The notes: generated by a model from the letters alone, not told the origin. Counted from the first letter of the stretch, positions 18,028 to 27,166 are shown. The stretch: DNA of 64,000 nt from an uncultured Collinsella sp. (GCA_958421275.1 CATZLI010000010.1:417-64416); one strand, 5' to 3'. Numbers and translations: made by a program.

Positions 18028-20798
18028 TGCCCATGAATCAGGATCGCCAAAACAGCCTACGCCGCGACGCGCAGAACACGGAGCGCGAGCAGGATTTTAC
18101 GACCTACCGCACTGCCCAAAGCTCAAACGATATGGTGCCGGCGGTGTTTCGCCGTGGCATCTACCGCACAATCCGAGGCAGTCTTAAGCGCTTCTTGTCC
18201 ATCGTGGTCATCACCGCGCTCGGCGTGAGTGTGATGTGCGGTCTTAAGGCGGGTTGCGAGGATCTGTGCGATTCGGTCGACGCTTACTTTGACCAGCAGA
18301 ATGTTTATGACATCAACGTGCAGTCGACCTATGGTCTTACGCGCGACGATCTTGCTGCGATCCAAGAGGTCGATGGCGTCGAGACGGCCGAGGGCATCTA
18401 TACCGAGACTGCCTATACCGCCGTTGGTACCACGCGCGAGCGCGTAGTCGTGCAGAGCCTTTCCAAAGAGAATATCGATCAACCGGTGCTGGTGAGCGGC
18501 GATTTGCCCGAGAGCGCCGGCGAGGTCGCGGTGACTTCGAAATTCCTGAAGGCTTCGGGCAAAAAGCTCGGCGATACGGTGAGTTTTGCCGCCAATGATG
18601 CGAGCTCGTCGAACCAAAGCGCCAAGGACCAGTTTGCCGCGGGCGATTACACCATTACGGCCGAGGTTCTCGATCCTACTGATGTGAGCTCCGACTCGAC
18701 CGTCAACGCCTTTCGCGCTGCTTCGACTGCGGACTATAAGTTCTATGTGAGCGAGGATGCCGCGGCATCTTCTTCCTACTCCGCGGTCCACGTGATCGTC
18801 GAGGGGGCCAAGAGCCTCAACTCCTATTCGGATGCCTACGCGGCAAAGATTAATGAGGCCAAGGGCAATATCGAGAAGATCCGCGAGGAGCGTGAGAAGG
18901 CGCGCGCTCAGGAGCTGACGGTCGACACGCCGGCAAGCTTGGATGCGGCCGAGCGCCAGGCCGCCATGCTCTTTGGGATCGAGCAGGATAACATCAACCG
19001 CATGACAGAGGGCAGCGAGGAGCGTGTGCAGGCGCAAGCCGACCTGGACCAGCGCTGCGCCGCCGCCGACCAGCATTTTGCCGATGCCCGCGCCGAGCTT
19101 TCCGACCTAGGCGAATGCACCTGGTACATCCAGGACCGCGGCAATATCGCAAGCTACTCGAGCGTGGAAAGCGATAGCTCGTCAATTGAGGCCATCGCCA
19201 CGGTGTTCCCGTTCATCTTCTTTATCGTCGCCGTGCTCATCAGCCTTACCACCGCCACACGTATGGTCGAGGAGGAGCGCACGCTCATTGGCCTGTACAA
19301 GGCGCTCGGCTATTCGCGCGGACGTATCCTGTCCAAATACGTGGACTATGCGCTGTGGGCTTGTCTGATCGGCGGCGTGCTCGGCAACATCATCGGCTTT
19401 GTGGGGCTGCCGCTGTTCCTGTTTACGGTGTTCGATGACATGTACTCTCTGCCCCAGATGCTGCTTTCGTACGACATCGTGTCGTCGCTCGTGTCGGTTG
19501 CGCTGTTTGCCGTGGGCGTGGTGGGCGCCACGATTATCGCCTGCCGCCACGAGATGGCCGAGACGCCGGCTTCGCTCATGCGCCCCAAGGCGCCGCGTGC
19601 CGGCTCGCGCATCTTGCTTGAGCGCATCGGCTTTATCTGGCACCGCATGGGCTTTTTGAACAAGGTGGCAGCGCGTAACCTGTTCCGCTACAAAAAGCGT
19701 GCCCTTATGACCATCTTCGGTATCGCCGGCTGCACGGCGCTCGTGATCTGCGGCATGGGCATCCGCGATACGTCGGTGGCGCTTTCGCCCAAACAGTACG
19801 GGCATATCACGCGCTATGACCTGCTGGCGGTTGCCAATCCCGATGACTTTACGCAGACGTGCGCGGCGCTCGACGAGCGAAGCGCGGCCAAGGATTCCGA
19901 CGTGACCGTGACTTCGACGCTGCCGATCATGACCGACAACGTTACCTTTACGTTTGGCGGCAAGAGCGAGACCGTACAGCTCATTGTGATTCCCGACGAC
20001 CGCACGGGTGACTTGGGTGACTACGTGCGCCTGGAGGATGAGTCCAAAGAACCGCTCGCCTTGCGTGACGGGGACGTGTACTTGAGCAAGAGCTCGCAAC
20101 TGGTGCTGGGGATTCAGCCGGGCGACACAGCGCACGTCCAGGATTCGTCGCTCAACGTCGCCAAGGTCAAGGTTAGCGACATTTCGCTCAACTATCTGGG
20201 CAACACGCTCTATATGACGCAGAGCACCTATGAGCGCGCGTTCGACCGAAGCGCGCGTCTTAACGGCATCTTTGCGCTGCTTAAGGGCTCATCTTCTGAC
20301 CAGATTGCGTTTAGCAAGAAGCTTAAGAGCGACGGTTGGCTCACCATCTCGAGCACGGCCGAGCATTGGGAAAATTATGAGGCGAACTTCACTATCATCA
20401 ATTCCGTCGTGGTACTTGTGACCTTTATGGCGGCGTGCCTGTCGTTTGTGGTGGTGTTTACGCTGTCCAACACCAACATCTCCGAGCGCGAGCGCGAGCT
20501 GGCGACCATCAAGGTGCTGGGCTTCCGCCGCGGCGAGGTGCACCACTACGTCAACAAGGAGACGTTGATCCTCACGGCGATTGGCGCCGCGCTGGGCGTG
20601 CCGCTGGGTAGCCTGCTGGCCGAGAGCTTCACGTACATTCTGCAGATGCCGTCGCTCTACTTTGACGTTGAGGTCGAGCCGCTGAGTTATGTGCTCGCCG
20701 TAGTGCTTTCCTTTGTCTTTACGTTTATCGTCAACCTCGTCACCAACCGAACGCTCAACAAGATCGACATGGTCGGCGCCCTCAAGAGCGCCGAGTAG
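18021..20798 (+). CDS. FtsX/MacB-type ABC permease with two FtsX domains and a large extracytoplasmic region
   Basis: 925-aa ORF overlapping the ATPase stop codon (alternative ATG at 18033). Two 4-TM FtsX-like blocks are separated by long soluble segments. Confidence 0.8.
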   Translation: MVVPMNQDRQNSLRRDAQNTEREQDFTTYRTAQSSNDMVPAVFRRGIYRTIRGSLKRFLSIVVITALGVSVMCGLKAGCEDLCDSVDAYFDQQNVYDINVQSTYGLTRDDLAAIQEVDGVETAEGIYTETAYTAVGTTRERVVVQSLSKENIDQPVLVSGDLPESAGEVAVTSKFLKASGKKLGDTVSFAANDASSSNQSAKDQFAAGDYTITAEVLDPTDVSSDSTVNAFRAASTADYKFYVSEDAAASSSYSAVHVIVEGAKSLNSYSDAYAAKINEAKGNIEKIREEREKARAQELTVDTPASLDAAERQAAMLFGIEQDNINRMTEGSEERVQAQADLDQRCAAADQHFADARAELSDLGECTWYIQDRGNIASYSSVESDSSSIEAIATVFPFIFFIVAVLISLTTATRMVEEERTLIGLYKALGYSRGRILSKYVDYALWACLIGGVLGNIIGFVGLPLFLFTVFDDMYSLPQMLLSYDIVSSLVSVALFAVGVVGATIIACRHEMAETPASLMRPKAPRAGSRILLERIGFIWHRMGFLNKVAARNLFRYKKRALMTIFGIAGCTALVICGMGIRDTSVALSPKQYGHITRYDLLAVANPDDFTQTCAALDERSAAKDSDVTVTSTLPIMTDNVTFTFGGKSETVQLIVIPDDRTGDLGDYVRLEDESKEPLALRDGDVYLSKSSQLVLGIQPGDTAHVQDSSLNVAKVKVSDISLNYLGNTLYMTQSTYERAFDRSARLNGIFALLKGSSSDQIAFSKKLKSDGWLTISSTAEHWENYEANFTIINSVVVLVTFMAACLSFVVVFTLSNTNISERERELATIKVLGFRRGEVHHYVNKETLILTAIGAALGVPLGSLLAESFTYILQMPSLYFDVEVEPLSYVLAVVLSFVFTFIVNLVTNRTLNKIDMVGALKSAE

Positions 20799-20842
20799 CC
20801 TGCCAAAAAGGGACAGGTTTATTTTGGCAGGTTTTATCTGGG
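20799..20842 (+). repeat. GGGACAG-core palindromic intergenic repeat, variant A, copy 2
   Basis: CCTGCCAAAAAGGGACAGGTTTATTTTGGCAGGTTTTATCTGGG begins one base after the permease stop codon. It has a perfect 10-bp stem CCTGCCAAAA/TTTTGGCAGG. Confidence 0.9.
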
Positions 20843-20888
20843 CAAACGCCGGGCAGCCTATAGGTGGCCCGGCGTTTGCCCCGTTTTG
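20840..20888 (+). terminator. Intrinsic terminator of the ABC exporter operon
   Basis: GGGCAAACGCCGGGC-(12 nt)-GCCCGGCGTTTGCCC followed by CGTTTTGC. Confidence 0.6.
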
Positions 20889-20914
20889 CTGGGGATGTTT
20901 GTCGTTCGGTGCTC

Positions 20915-21253
20915 TTACTGGCCAATCCAGTGTTGCACATAGCTCTTAATGTCCTCGGTAAAACCGTCAAGGTCGTCAAGGGTGATCACGCTGTCGATAA
21001 GCAAATTGGCTATCTCGCGGTGCATTGTGCTGCGGCGAATGTCGTTTGCAATTACGCCTGAGGACAGCTTGTCTCTATTGAGGCTCTCTTCTAGTGCCCA
21101 AAATCTACTGGACGCTTCGCTGTCGCCATTCAGTATCTCAACGTACTGGCCGATGAGCTTTTCCATATAACGTTCTTGCCATTGAGGAAGCGTTTTCTTA
21201 AACAGCTTCCAGTCGCTTTCGGCTACGTCGCGCATATGTCCTCCGCTCGTCAA
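20915..21253 (-). CDS. Conserved hypothetical small cytoplasmic protein
   Basis: 112-aa ORF in a lower-GC patch. An internal ATG at 21235 is preceded by GGAGGA. I recognise no motif with confidence. Confidence 0.55.
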   Translation of the reverse strand: MTSGGHMRDVAESDWKLFKKTLPQWQERYMEKLIGQYVEILNGDSEASSRFWALEESLNRDKLSSGVIANDIRRSTMHREIANLLIDSVITLDDLDGFTEDIKSYVQHWIGQ

Positions 21254-21353
21254 ACGGGCTTTTCATTTGCCTTTTATTCTATTTGCTTTTCGCTCTCAGG
21301 CGTGGATGAGAGGCGCTCTTTAGCCTTCGAGATTGGGCTTGAATGGGTTGTAT

Positions 21354-21515
21354 GCCACAAAACGGGCCTATCTACTACGTTTAATTGGATACCCTCAACC
21401 ATACCGGGAAAACAAAAAACAAAACCGCAGGTAGAAGGCCTGTCGATTTTCGAAAAGGCGGTCATGGTTGGCCCCATCGAGTTAAACGTAGTAGATGGCC
21501 CCATTTCGTGGCGGA
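21354..21515. repeat. Roughly 160-bp long inverted repeat (about 52-nt arms, 55-nt centre); MITE-like element or structured RNA
   Basis: The left arm GCCACAAAACGGGCCTATCTACTACGTTTAATTGGATACCCTCAACCATACC aligns with the reverse complement of 21461-21515, GCCACGAAATGGGGCCATCTACTACGTTTAACTCGATGGGGCCAACCATGAC. Confidence 0.7.
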
Positions 21516-21565
21516 CCATCAAACGAACGCCGATGCTTGTGCTGTAGCCGCTCCGATCATACGTA

Positions 21566-21632
21566 AGTTGCGGTGGAATAGTTCCTAGATTCAGCCATTT
21601 GCGGGCTAAGCAGGAACTATTTCACCGCAACT
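21566..21632. repeat. AGTTGCGGTG-type hairpin repeat, copy 1 (21-bp stem)
   Basis: AGTTGCGGTGGAATAGTTCCT-(25 nt)-AGGAACTATTTCACCGCAACT. A second copy lies at 28217-28283. Confidence 0.85.
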
Positions 21633-21693
21633 GAATTTCAGGCCAGGCACCCGCAGCAAGAAGACGAATAACCTCGGCGAGTATGTAAACGCA

Positions 21694-21790
21694 GGGCCCT
21701 CCGACCCCGCCCGACGATTTCGATTGGCGACCTTTGACGGAGTCAAGGGAGGAGCCAAATCGAAATACGTCGGGCGGGGTCGGAGGGCCC
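21694..21790. repeat. Roughly 97-bp palindrome immediately downstream of pfkA
   Basis: GGGCCCTCCGACCCCGCCCGACGATTTCGATT (21694-21725) pairs with AATCGAAATACGTCGGGCGGGGTCGGAGGGCCC (21758-21790). Confidence 0.8.
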
Positions 21791-21813
21791 GATGGGATGA
21801 ATTTCGGCTGAGG

Positions 21814-22893
21814 CTATTCGTCGCCGAAGCTGATGCCCAACGCCTTGGCCTCGCGCACCAGATCGCTCTGGGGATCGACATACTTGAGCTTGCCGGCGAC
21901 ATCCTCGAGCGGCATGTGACACATCTTGCCGTCACGCAGGGCGATCATGTAGCCAAACTCGCCGCGTAGACAGCCCAGTGCCGCCTCGACGCCGCACTGG
22001 GTCGCAAAGATGCGGTCCTGGGCGTCGGGCTGGCCGCCGCGCTGCGTGTGGCCGGGGATGGCGACGCGGGTCTCGCGACCGGTCTTGGCCTCGATCTCCT
22101 TGGCGATGTCGTAGACGATCGACGGGCTCGTGCGCTCGGCGAGTTTCTTCTTGTACTCCTTCTTGGACAGCGCCGCGTCCTCCTTGGAGATAGCGCCCTC
22201 GGCGACGGCCACGATGGTAAAGCGGCTGCCGGTCTCCATGCGATGCTCGATGGTCTTGATGACGTTATCCATGTCGTAGGGGATCTCGGGAATCAAGATG
22301 ACATCCGCGCCGCCCGCGACGCCGGCGTATAGCGGGATCCAGCCAACCTTGTGGCCCATGATCTCGATAACGAACACGCGGCCGTGACTCGAAGCGGTGG
22401 TGTGAATGTCGTCGATGCACTTGGTGGCGACGTCGATGGCGCTCGTAAAGCCAAACGTCAGCTCGGTGCCCCAGGTGTCGTTATCGATGGTCTTAGGCAG
22501 GGCGATAACGTTGAGGCCCTCTTCGCGCAGACGGTTGGCGGTCTTGGTGGAGCCGTTGCCGCCCAGCATAAACAGGCAGTCGAGCTGCAGCTTATGATAG
22601 GTGTGGACCATTGCCGGCACCTTCTCGACGCCGTCGGCCTCGGGAATATCCAGGCGCTTGAACGGCGTACGGCTCGTGCCCAGGATGGTGCCGCCACGGG
22701 TAAGGATGCCGCTAAAATCGGCGGGCGTCATGACGCGGAACCGGCTGTAGATAAGGCCCTGGTAGCCGTCCTCAAAACCATAGATCTCAATAGGCTCTTC
22801 GCTATTGGTCATAAGCGTTTTGACAATGCCGCGCATGGTGGCGTTGAGCGCCTGGCAGTCGCCGCCACTGGTAAGAAGACCGATCCTAAGCAT
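21814..22893 (-). CDS. pfkA: ATP-dependent 6-phosphofructokinase
   Basis: MLRIGLLTSGGDCQALNATMRG, GGNGS, and PKTIDND motifs. Confidence 0.9.
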   Translation of the reverse strand: MLRIGLLTSGGDCQALNATMRGIVKTLMTNSEEPIEIYGFEDGYQGLIYSRFRVMTPADFSGILTRGGTILGTSRTPFKRLDIPEADGVEKVPAMVHTYHKLQLDCLFMLGGNGSTKTANRLREEGLNVIALPKTIDNDTWGTELTFGFTSAIDVATKCIDDIHTTASSHGRVFVIEIMGHKVGWIPLYAGVAGGADVILIPEIPYDMDNVIKTIEHRMETGSRFTIVAVAEGAISKEDAALSKKEYKKKLAERTSPSIVYDIAKEIEAKTGRETRVAIPGHTQRGGQPDAQDRIFATQCGVEAALGCLRGEFGYMIALRDGKMCHMPLEDVAGKLKYVDPQSDLVREAKALGISFGDE

Positions 22894-23033
22894 GATGAAT
22901 CCTTCCGGGCAAGTTATAACATGCGCATAAGTTTACCCCCGCACACTGTTGATACGGGGGTAAAACGTGTTAGCTCAAGCGTATAGAAATGTAAACAACG
23001 TCAGGCGAGCGTAAGGTCGACGAGCCTGGGTCC

Positions 23034-24119
23034 TTACAGTGCGAAGGCGTCGACGTCGCCCCAGTGGCGGCGCAGTGTAATGGCGGCGGCGGGTTCGGTA
23101 TTGTCAAAGACGACCGACCATTGCGTATTGCTGGTGATGTCTTCCGGATTGGGTTCTTGCGCTGCGGCACGCAGGGCTTTCCAGACAATCGTTTCGTCCT
23201 GGGCACCGACATGGGCGTCAAGGACATCGGCGATTGCGACGGCGCGCTCTTTACCATGGCCCAGCTCGCCATTCTTTTGGTTGGGCAGCACTTCGTCGCC
23301 ATAGCAGGCGTAGAAGTTCGTAACCTGGCGTACAGGAGTCGCTTTGAAAGCACGGTCCGGATCGCGCGGATCCCACTCTACTACGCGCGCGTCACCGGCG
23401 GCGTCGTTGATAAAGAAGTGGTAATCGCGTCCTGCCATGGCGTGCATGTCGTAGGCGGAAAGCAGGTCGACAGCTTCTTGCGTGGTGGCGGCACGGTCGA
23501 GCACCAGGCGGATGGCGAGCGAGGTATTGATGACGGGGCGCTGCGTGTCCTGGTCACAGGGCTTGGAGTCCAGAGTGAGTACGGCAATGGACACGCCGCA
23601 TTCGTTAACACCGTCGAGCTGGGCAAACGGGCCCATGAGTGCGGCGGCGCGTCCGCCGACGGAGTCAAGCGGAGTGTTATCGCCCAGGTTGTTAAGGGCG
23701 ACAAACCCGATGGAGGCATAGCCGTCGCGTGGGTGATTGCGCACCAGCAGCGCCGAGGTGTCGTCCTTAAAGTCGTAATTGCGACCGGTGCGCACGCGGC
23801 CTTCGGCATCTACGGCGACAAAAGCGCTGCAGGCAAACTGGGGCGCCTGGACATGTACCGGCACACCGGGCAGCACCTGCGCCACCACGGCATCGATGTA
23901 GGCCTGGTCGTCGCGCACGCCAGCGGCGATGATGCGATCAAGATCGTAGTCGTAGGCGATGTCGATTGCGTACAGGTCATAGCTATCCGCGTAGCCGGTC
24001 AAGCGTTTGAGCGACGCGGCGGACTTGATTTGCTTGCGGTAAACGATACCGGTGGCAGCGGCAAGGCCGACGGCGACTCCCGCGACACCGCAGGCGATGG
24101 CAATGTTACGTGGCTTCAT
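23034..24119 (-). CDS. Membrane-anchored Ntn-hydrolase, peptidase C45 / linear amide C-N hydrolase family
   Basis: N-terminal TM helix, then a FACSAF putative nucleophile-Cys context, then RTGRNYDF typical of the C45/choloylglycine-hydrolase superfamily. Confidence 0.6.
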   Translation of the reverse strand: MKPRNIAIACGVAGVAVGLAAATGIVYRKQIKSAASLKRLTGYADSYDLYAIDIAYDYDLDRIIAAGVRDDQAYIDAVVAQVLPGVPVHVQAPQFACSAFVAVDAEGRVRTGRNYDFKDDTSALLVRNHPRDGYASIGFVALNNLGDNTPLDSVGGRAAALMGPFAQLDGVNECGVSIAVLTLDSKPCDQDTQRPVINTSLAIRLVLDRAATTQEAVDLLSAYDMHAMAGRDYHFFINDAAGDARVVEWDPRDPDRAFKATPVRQVTNFYACYGDEVLPNQKNGELGHGKERAVAIADVLDAHVGAQDETIVWKALRAAAQEPNPEDITSNTQWSVVFDNTEPAAAITLRRHWGDVDAFAL

Positions 24120-24280
24120 GACGGCTCCTCTCGTCCTGTTAGCGTAATTGTCGCAAAAGGAGCGCGGGCATGATGGCTCAACTTGGTGAGCGGCGCGGGA
24201 TTAAACATGGAATGAAGAGTGCGGCGCTGGCGTGGCGGGGTATGCTGGAGGGGACCATCAACCCAGCGAAAGGGGAGAGC

Positions 24281-25666
24281 ATGACGGATCAGGAAACGCC
24301 CGAGCGCGCGCATGTGACGGCCGACGATATCGAGGCCGCCAACGACCTCATCGACTTTATCGAGGCATGTCCCAGCATGTTCCATACGGCGGCGACCATT
24401 ATGGCCGAGCTCGACGAGGCGGGCTTTACCTACCTGCCCGAGAACGCGGCGTGGGATATCGAGCCGGGCGGTCGCTATTACACGCAGCGCAACACCTCGA
24501 GCGTTGTTGCCTTTAAGGTGGGCGAGGACCTGGCTGCTACGTGGGGCGAGGACGGCGTTGCCGGCGACTATCATTTTCAACTGACGGCGTCGCACAGCGA
24601 TTCGCCTACGTTTAAGGTTAAGGCCGTGCCCGAGCTCGACGGCGCAGGCGAGACGCTGCGCCTGAACACCGAGGCATACGGCGGCATGATCGACTACACC
24701 TGGTTCGATCGCCCGCTGGCGCTCGCGGGCCGCGTGTTGGTGCGCGAGGGCGACCGTATCGAGAGCCGCCTGCTTGCCACCGAGTGCGAGGTCGCTATCA
24801 TTCCGAGCCTTGCCATCCATATGAATCGTGGCGTTAACGAGGGCTTTGCGCCCAACCGCGCCGTCGACCTGTGCCCGCTCATCAGCGCCGGCGAGCTTAA
24901 GCAGGGCGACTTTGATGCTCTGATCGCCGACGAGTTGGACGTTGAGCCCGAGCAGATTCTGGGTCGCGATCTGTTCCTGGTCAATCGTCAGGATGCGCGC
25001 ATTTGGGGCTGGGCCGACGAGTTTATCTCGACGCCCAAGCTCGACGACCTGGCCTGCGCCTATACCTCGCTGCAGGCATTTTTGGGTGCTGAGAACGCGC
25101 GCGATATCTCGGTCTTCTGCTGCTTTGATAACGAGGAGGTTGGCTCCGAGACCAAGCAGGGAGCCATGTCGACGTTCTTGGCCGATGCGCTGCGCCGCAT
25201 TAACGGATCGTTGGGCTTTGACGACGAGTCGTACCATCGCGCCCTTGCCGCATCGATGCTCGTGAGCTGCGACAACGCACATGCCGTGCACCCCAACCAC
25301 GCCGAGAAGTGCGACGCCCGCAATCAGGTTGTGCTCAACGGCGGCATCGTCATCAAGGAAGCCGCCAACCAGCACTACTGCACCGATGCCTTTAGCCGCG
25401 CGGTGTTCCAGGCCATCTGCGATGACGCCGACGTGCCCACGCAGGCCTTCGCCAACAAGAGTGATATGGCGGGTGGTTCTACGCTGGGCAATCTGTCGAA
25501 CATGCAGGCGAGCATGCATGCCGTGGACGTGGGCCTGCCGCAGCTTGCCATGCACTCGAGCTACGAGACCGGCGGCGTGCGCGACGTGATGTGTGCCATC
25601 CGCGCCCTCACGGCCTTCTACGAGCGCGACCTCCATATCAATGGAGCCGAAAGCGTGGAGCTCTAA
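24281..25666 (+). CDS. M18 family aminopeptidase
   Basis: FIEACPSMFH N-terminal motif, SHSDSP, and CFDNEEVGS metal-ligand region. The ATG at 24281 follows AAAGGGGAGAGC. Confidence 0.8.
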   Translation: MTDQETPERAHVTADDIEAANDLIDFIEACPSMFHTAATIMAELDEAGFTYLPENAAWDIEPGGRYYTQRNTSSVVAFKVGEDLAATWGEDGVAGDYHFQLTASHSDSPTFKVKAVPELDGAGETLRLNTEAYGGMIDYTWFDRPLALAGRVLVREGDRIESRLLATECEVAIIPSLAIHMNRGVNEGFAPNRAVDLCPLISAGELKQGDFDALIADELDVEPEQILGRDLFLVNRQDARIWGWADEFISTPKLDDLACAYTSLQAFLGAENARDISVFCCFDNEEVGSETKQGAMSTFLADALRRINGSLGFDDESYHRALAASMLVSCDNAHAVHPNHAEKCDARNQVVLNGGIVIKEAANQHYCTDAFSRAVFQAICDDADVPTQAFANKSDMAGGSTLGNLSNMQASMHAVDVGLPQLAMHSSYETGGVRDVMCAIRALTAFYERDLHINGAESVEL

Positions 25667-25849
25667 ATGCAAGCCGAAGACGAGAAGACCGAGGGCAGGT
25701 CTCAACTAATCGATCAGGGGTCGAAGCTGTTCGCCACCGCTTGCCATGAATCGGGAATCGACGTGTCCAACGCGTGGCCAGCGAGCGATGAAGAACTCAA
25801 GCGTAGCGCCTATTCGGACCGCTATGATGAGGAGACGGACTGGCTCTAA
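25667..25849 (+). CDS. Small acidic hypothetical protein (60 aa), start abutting the aminopeptidase stop codon
   Basis: TAAATG junction at 25664-25669. G/C-rich third codon positions. No recognisable motif. Confidence 0.35.
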   Translation: MQAEDEKTEGRSQLIDQGSKLFATACHESGIDVSNAWPASDEELKRSAYSDRYDEETDWL

Positions 25850-25958
25850 TAAGCGAAGTGTCGAAAACGCTAGATGTATGTTTGATATCACTTTGGCGAG
25901 AGTGTCGCAGACAGAACTACCGGTATGGCGCAAGCCAACCTGACCCCATTGCACCAAA

Positions 25959-26002
25959 CCTACCAAAAAGGGACAGGTTCATTTTGGCAGGTTTTATCTG
26001 GG
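25959..26002 (+). repeat. GGGACAG-core palindromic intergenic repeat, variant A, copy 3
   Basis: CCTACCAAAAAGGGACAGGTTCATTTTGGCAGGTTTTATCTGGG. Confidence 0.9.
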
Positions 26003-26097
26003 AAAATGCCGCAATGCCAACAGCTGGACGGAATTGTTGAGACACCGCAGGTTGAGCAAGCGTCAGCGAGCGATGTCCAGAGCGAACAAGTTGGCAT

Positions 26098-26143
26098 GAA
26101 AAAGGCAAGGCATAGACCTTCTGGTCATGCCTTGCCTTTTGAA
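26098..26143. terminator. Bidirectional intrinsic terminator
   Basis: AAAAAGGCAAGGCAT-(13 nt)-ATGCCTTGCCTTTT, with A/T runs on both sides. It lies downstream of the minus-strand dehydrogenase and of the plus-strand aminopeptidase unit. Confidence 0.7.
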
Positions 26144-26210
26144 TGACAAATTGTCGCTCTGGGCGGCGCGCAGCGTCGACCGGTCCGCCGTTCGTTAGAA
26201 CGGCGGAACC

Positions 26211-27146
26211 CTAATGTTCGATCCAACAACGTAAAGTTTCGCCGGCTTGCAGGTGACGCAGGTTCTCCGCGGCGATGTCGACCACATTGTTGAGCGTGGC
26301 TGCCAGGTGGAACCAGCCGGAGACGTGTGGCGTGATGAGCATGTTGGGCGCATTCCACAGTGGGCTTGTCTCAGGCAGCGGTTCGGGGTCGGTGACGTCG
26401 ACCGCGGCGCCGGCGAGATGTCCCGACTCCAGAGCGGCAACCAAATCGTCGGCAACCACAAGATCGCCGCGGCCGCCGTTGGCAAAGAAGGCGCCCGGTT
26501 TCATCGCGGCGAAGAACTCGGCGTTCGCCAGACCGCGCGTCTCGGGCGTGCTGGGCATAAAGGACGTGACGATGTCAGCCTCGGCCAGGCGCTCGGGGAG
26601 GGCGTCCATGCCGTCCATGTCCTCAAACACAATGGGGTAGACGAGTGGATGGCGCTTGATGCCGCGGACGTGCGCGCCCATGTTGCGGCAGAGTGTGGCG
26701 AAGTGGCCGCCGATATCGCCCGCGCCTAGCACCAGCACATTGGCGTTCTTGAGCGAGGTGACCGGCCCCAAATCCTCCCAGCGATGCTCGCGCTGCAAGT
26801 CGTGGTAGCCGGGCAGGCGCTTCATCATAGAAAGGACCATGGCAAACATATGCTCGCTTACGGCCTGGCCGTAGGCGCCCACCGAGCAGGAAAGCTTAGC
26901 GTCGGCTGGCACGGTGCCGGCGGCCAAGTAGTCGTCATAGCCGGCGGTCTGCAATTGCAACAGCTGGAGATGCTCGCATGCCGTGAGCATGCCAGGGTCG
27001 ATGTTGCCCAAGATCACGTCGGCATCGGCGACCTGCTCGCGCGTGGCGGCGTCGGAGCTCGTGTAGATAAAGTCCTCGCCCGGAGCGCTCGACTCAAGAA
27101 TTGCGCGATGGCGGTCATTGACGGGCAGCAAAACCAGGATGTTCAC
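26211..27146 (-). CDS. D-isomer-specific 2-hydroxyacid dehydrogenase (NAD-binding)
   Basis: VLGAGDIGGHFA Rossmann motif and a PHVSG catalytic-His region. GTG start at 27146 follows GGAGAGGA. The longer ORF to 27269 reads through a repeat element. Confidence 0.8.
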   Translation of the reverse strand: MNILVLLPVNDRHRAILESSAPGEDFIYTSSDAATREQVADADVILGNIDPGMLTACEHLQLLQLQTAGYDDYLAAGTVPADAKLSCSVGAYGQAVSEHMFAMVLSMMKRLPGYHDLQREHRWEDLGPVTSLKNANVLVLGAGDIGGHFATLCRNMGAHVRGIKRHPLVYPIVFEDMDGMDALPERLAEADIVTSFMPSTPETRGLANAEFFAAMKPGAFFANGGRGDLVVADDLVAALESGHLAGAAVDVTDPEPLPETSPLWNAPNMLITPHVSGWFHLAATLNNVVDIAAENLRHLQAGETLRCWIEH

Positions 27147-27166
27147 AAGCAGTCCTCTCCGCTCGA

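Noticed and set aside
20713-20949. Recurrent peptide LPKRDRFILAGFIW seen in six different small ORFs (also 17098-17994, 25858-26040, 26784-27221, 58469-58852, 63548-63757), considered as a possible conserved micro-protein
   Set aside because: The shared segment has no common start codon or RBS, and its flanks differ completely. It is embedded in spurious ORFs, some antisense to real genes. The conservation is explained by the DNA-level palindromic repeat.
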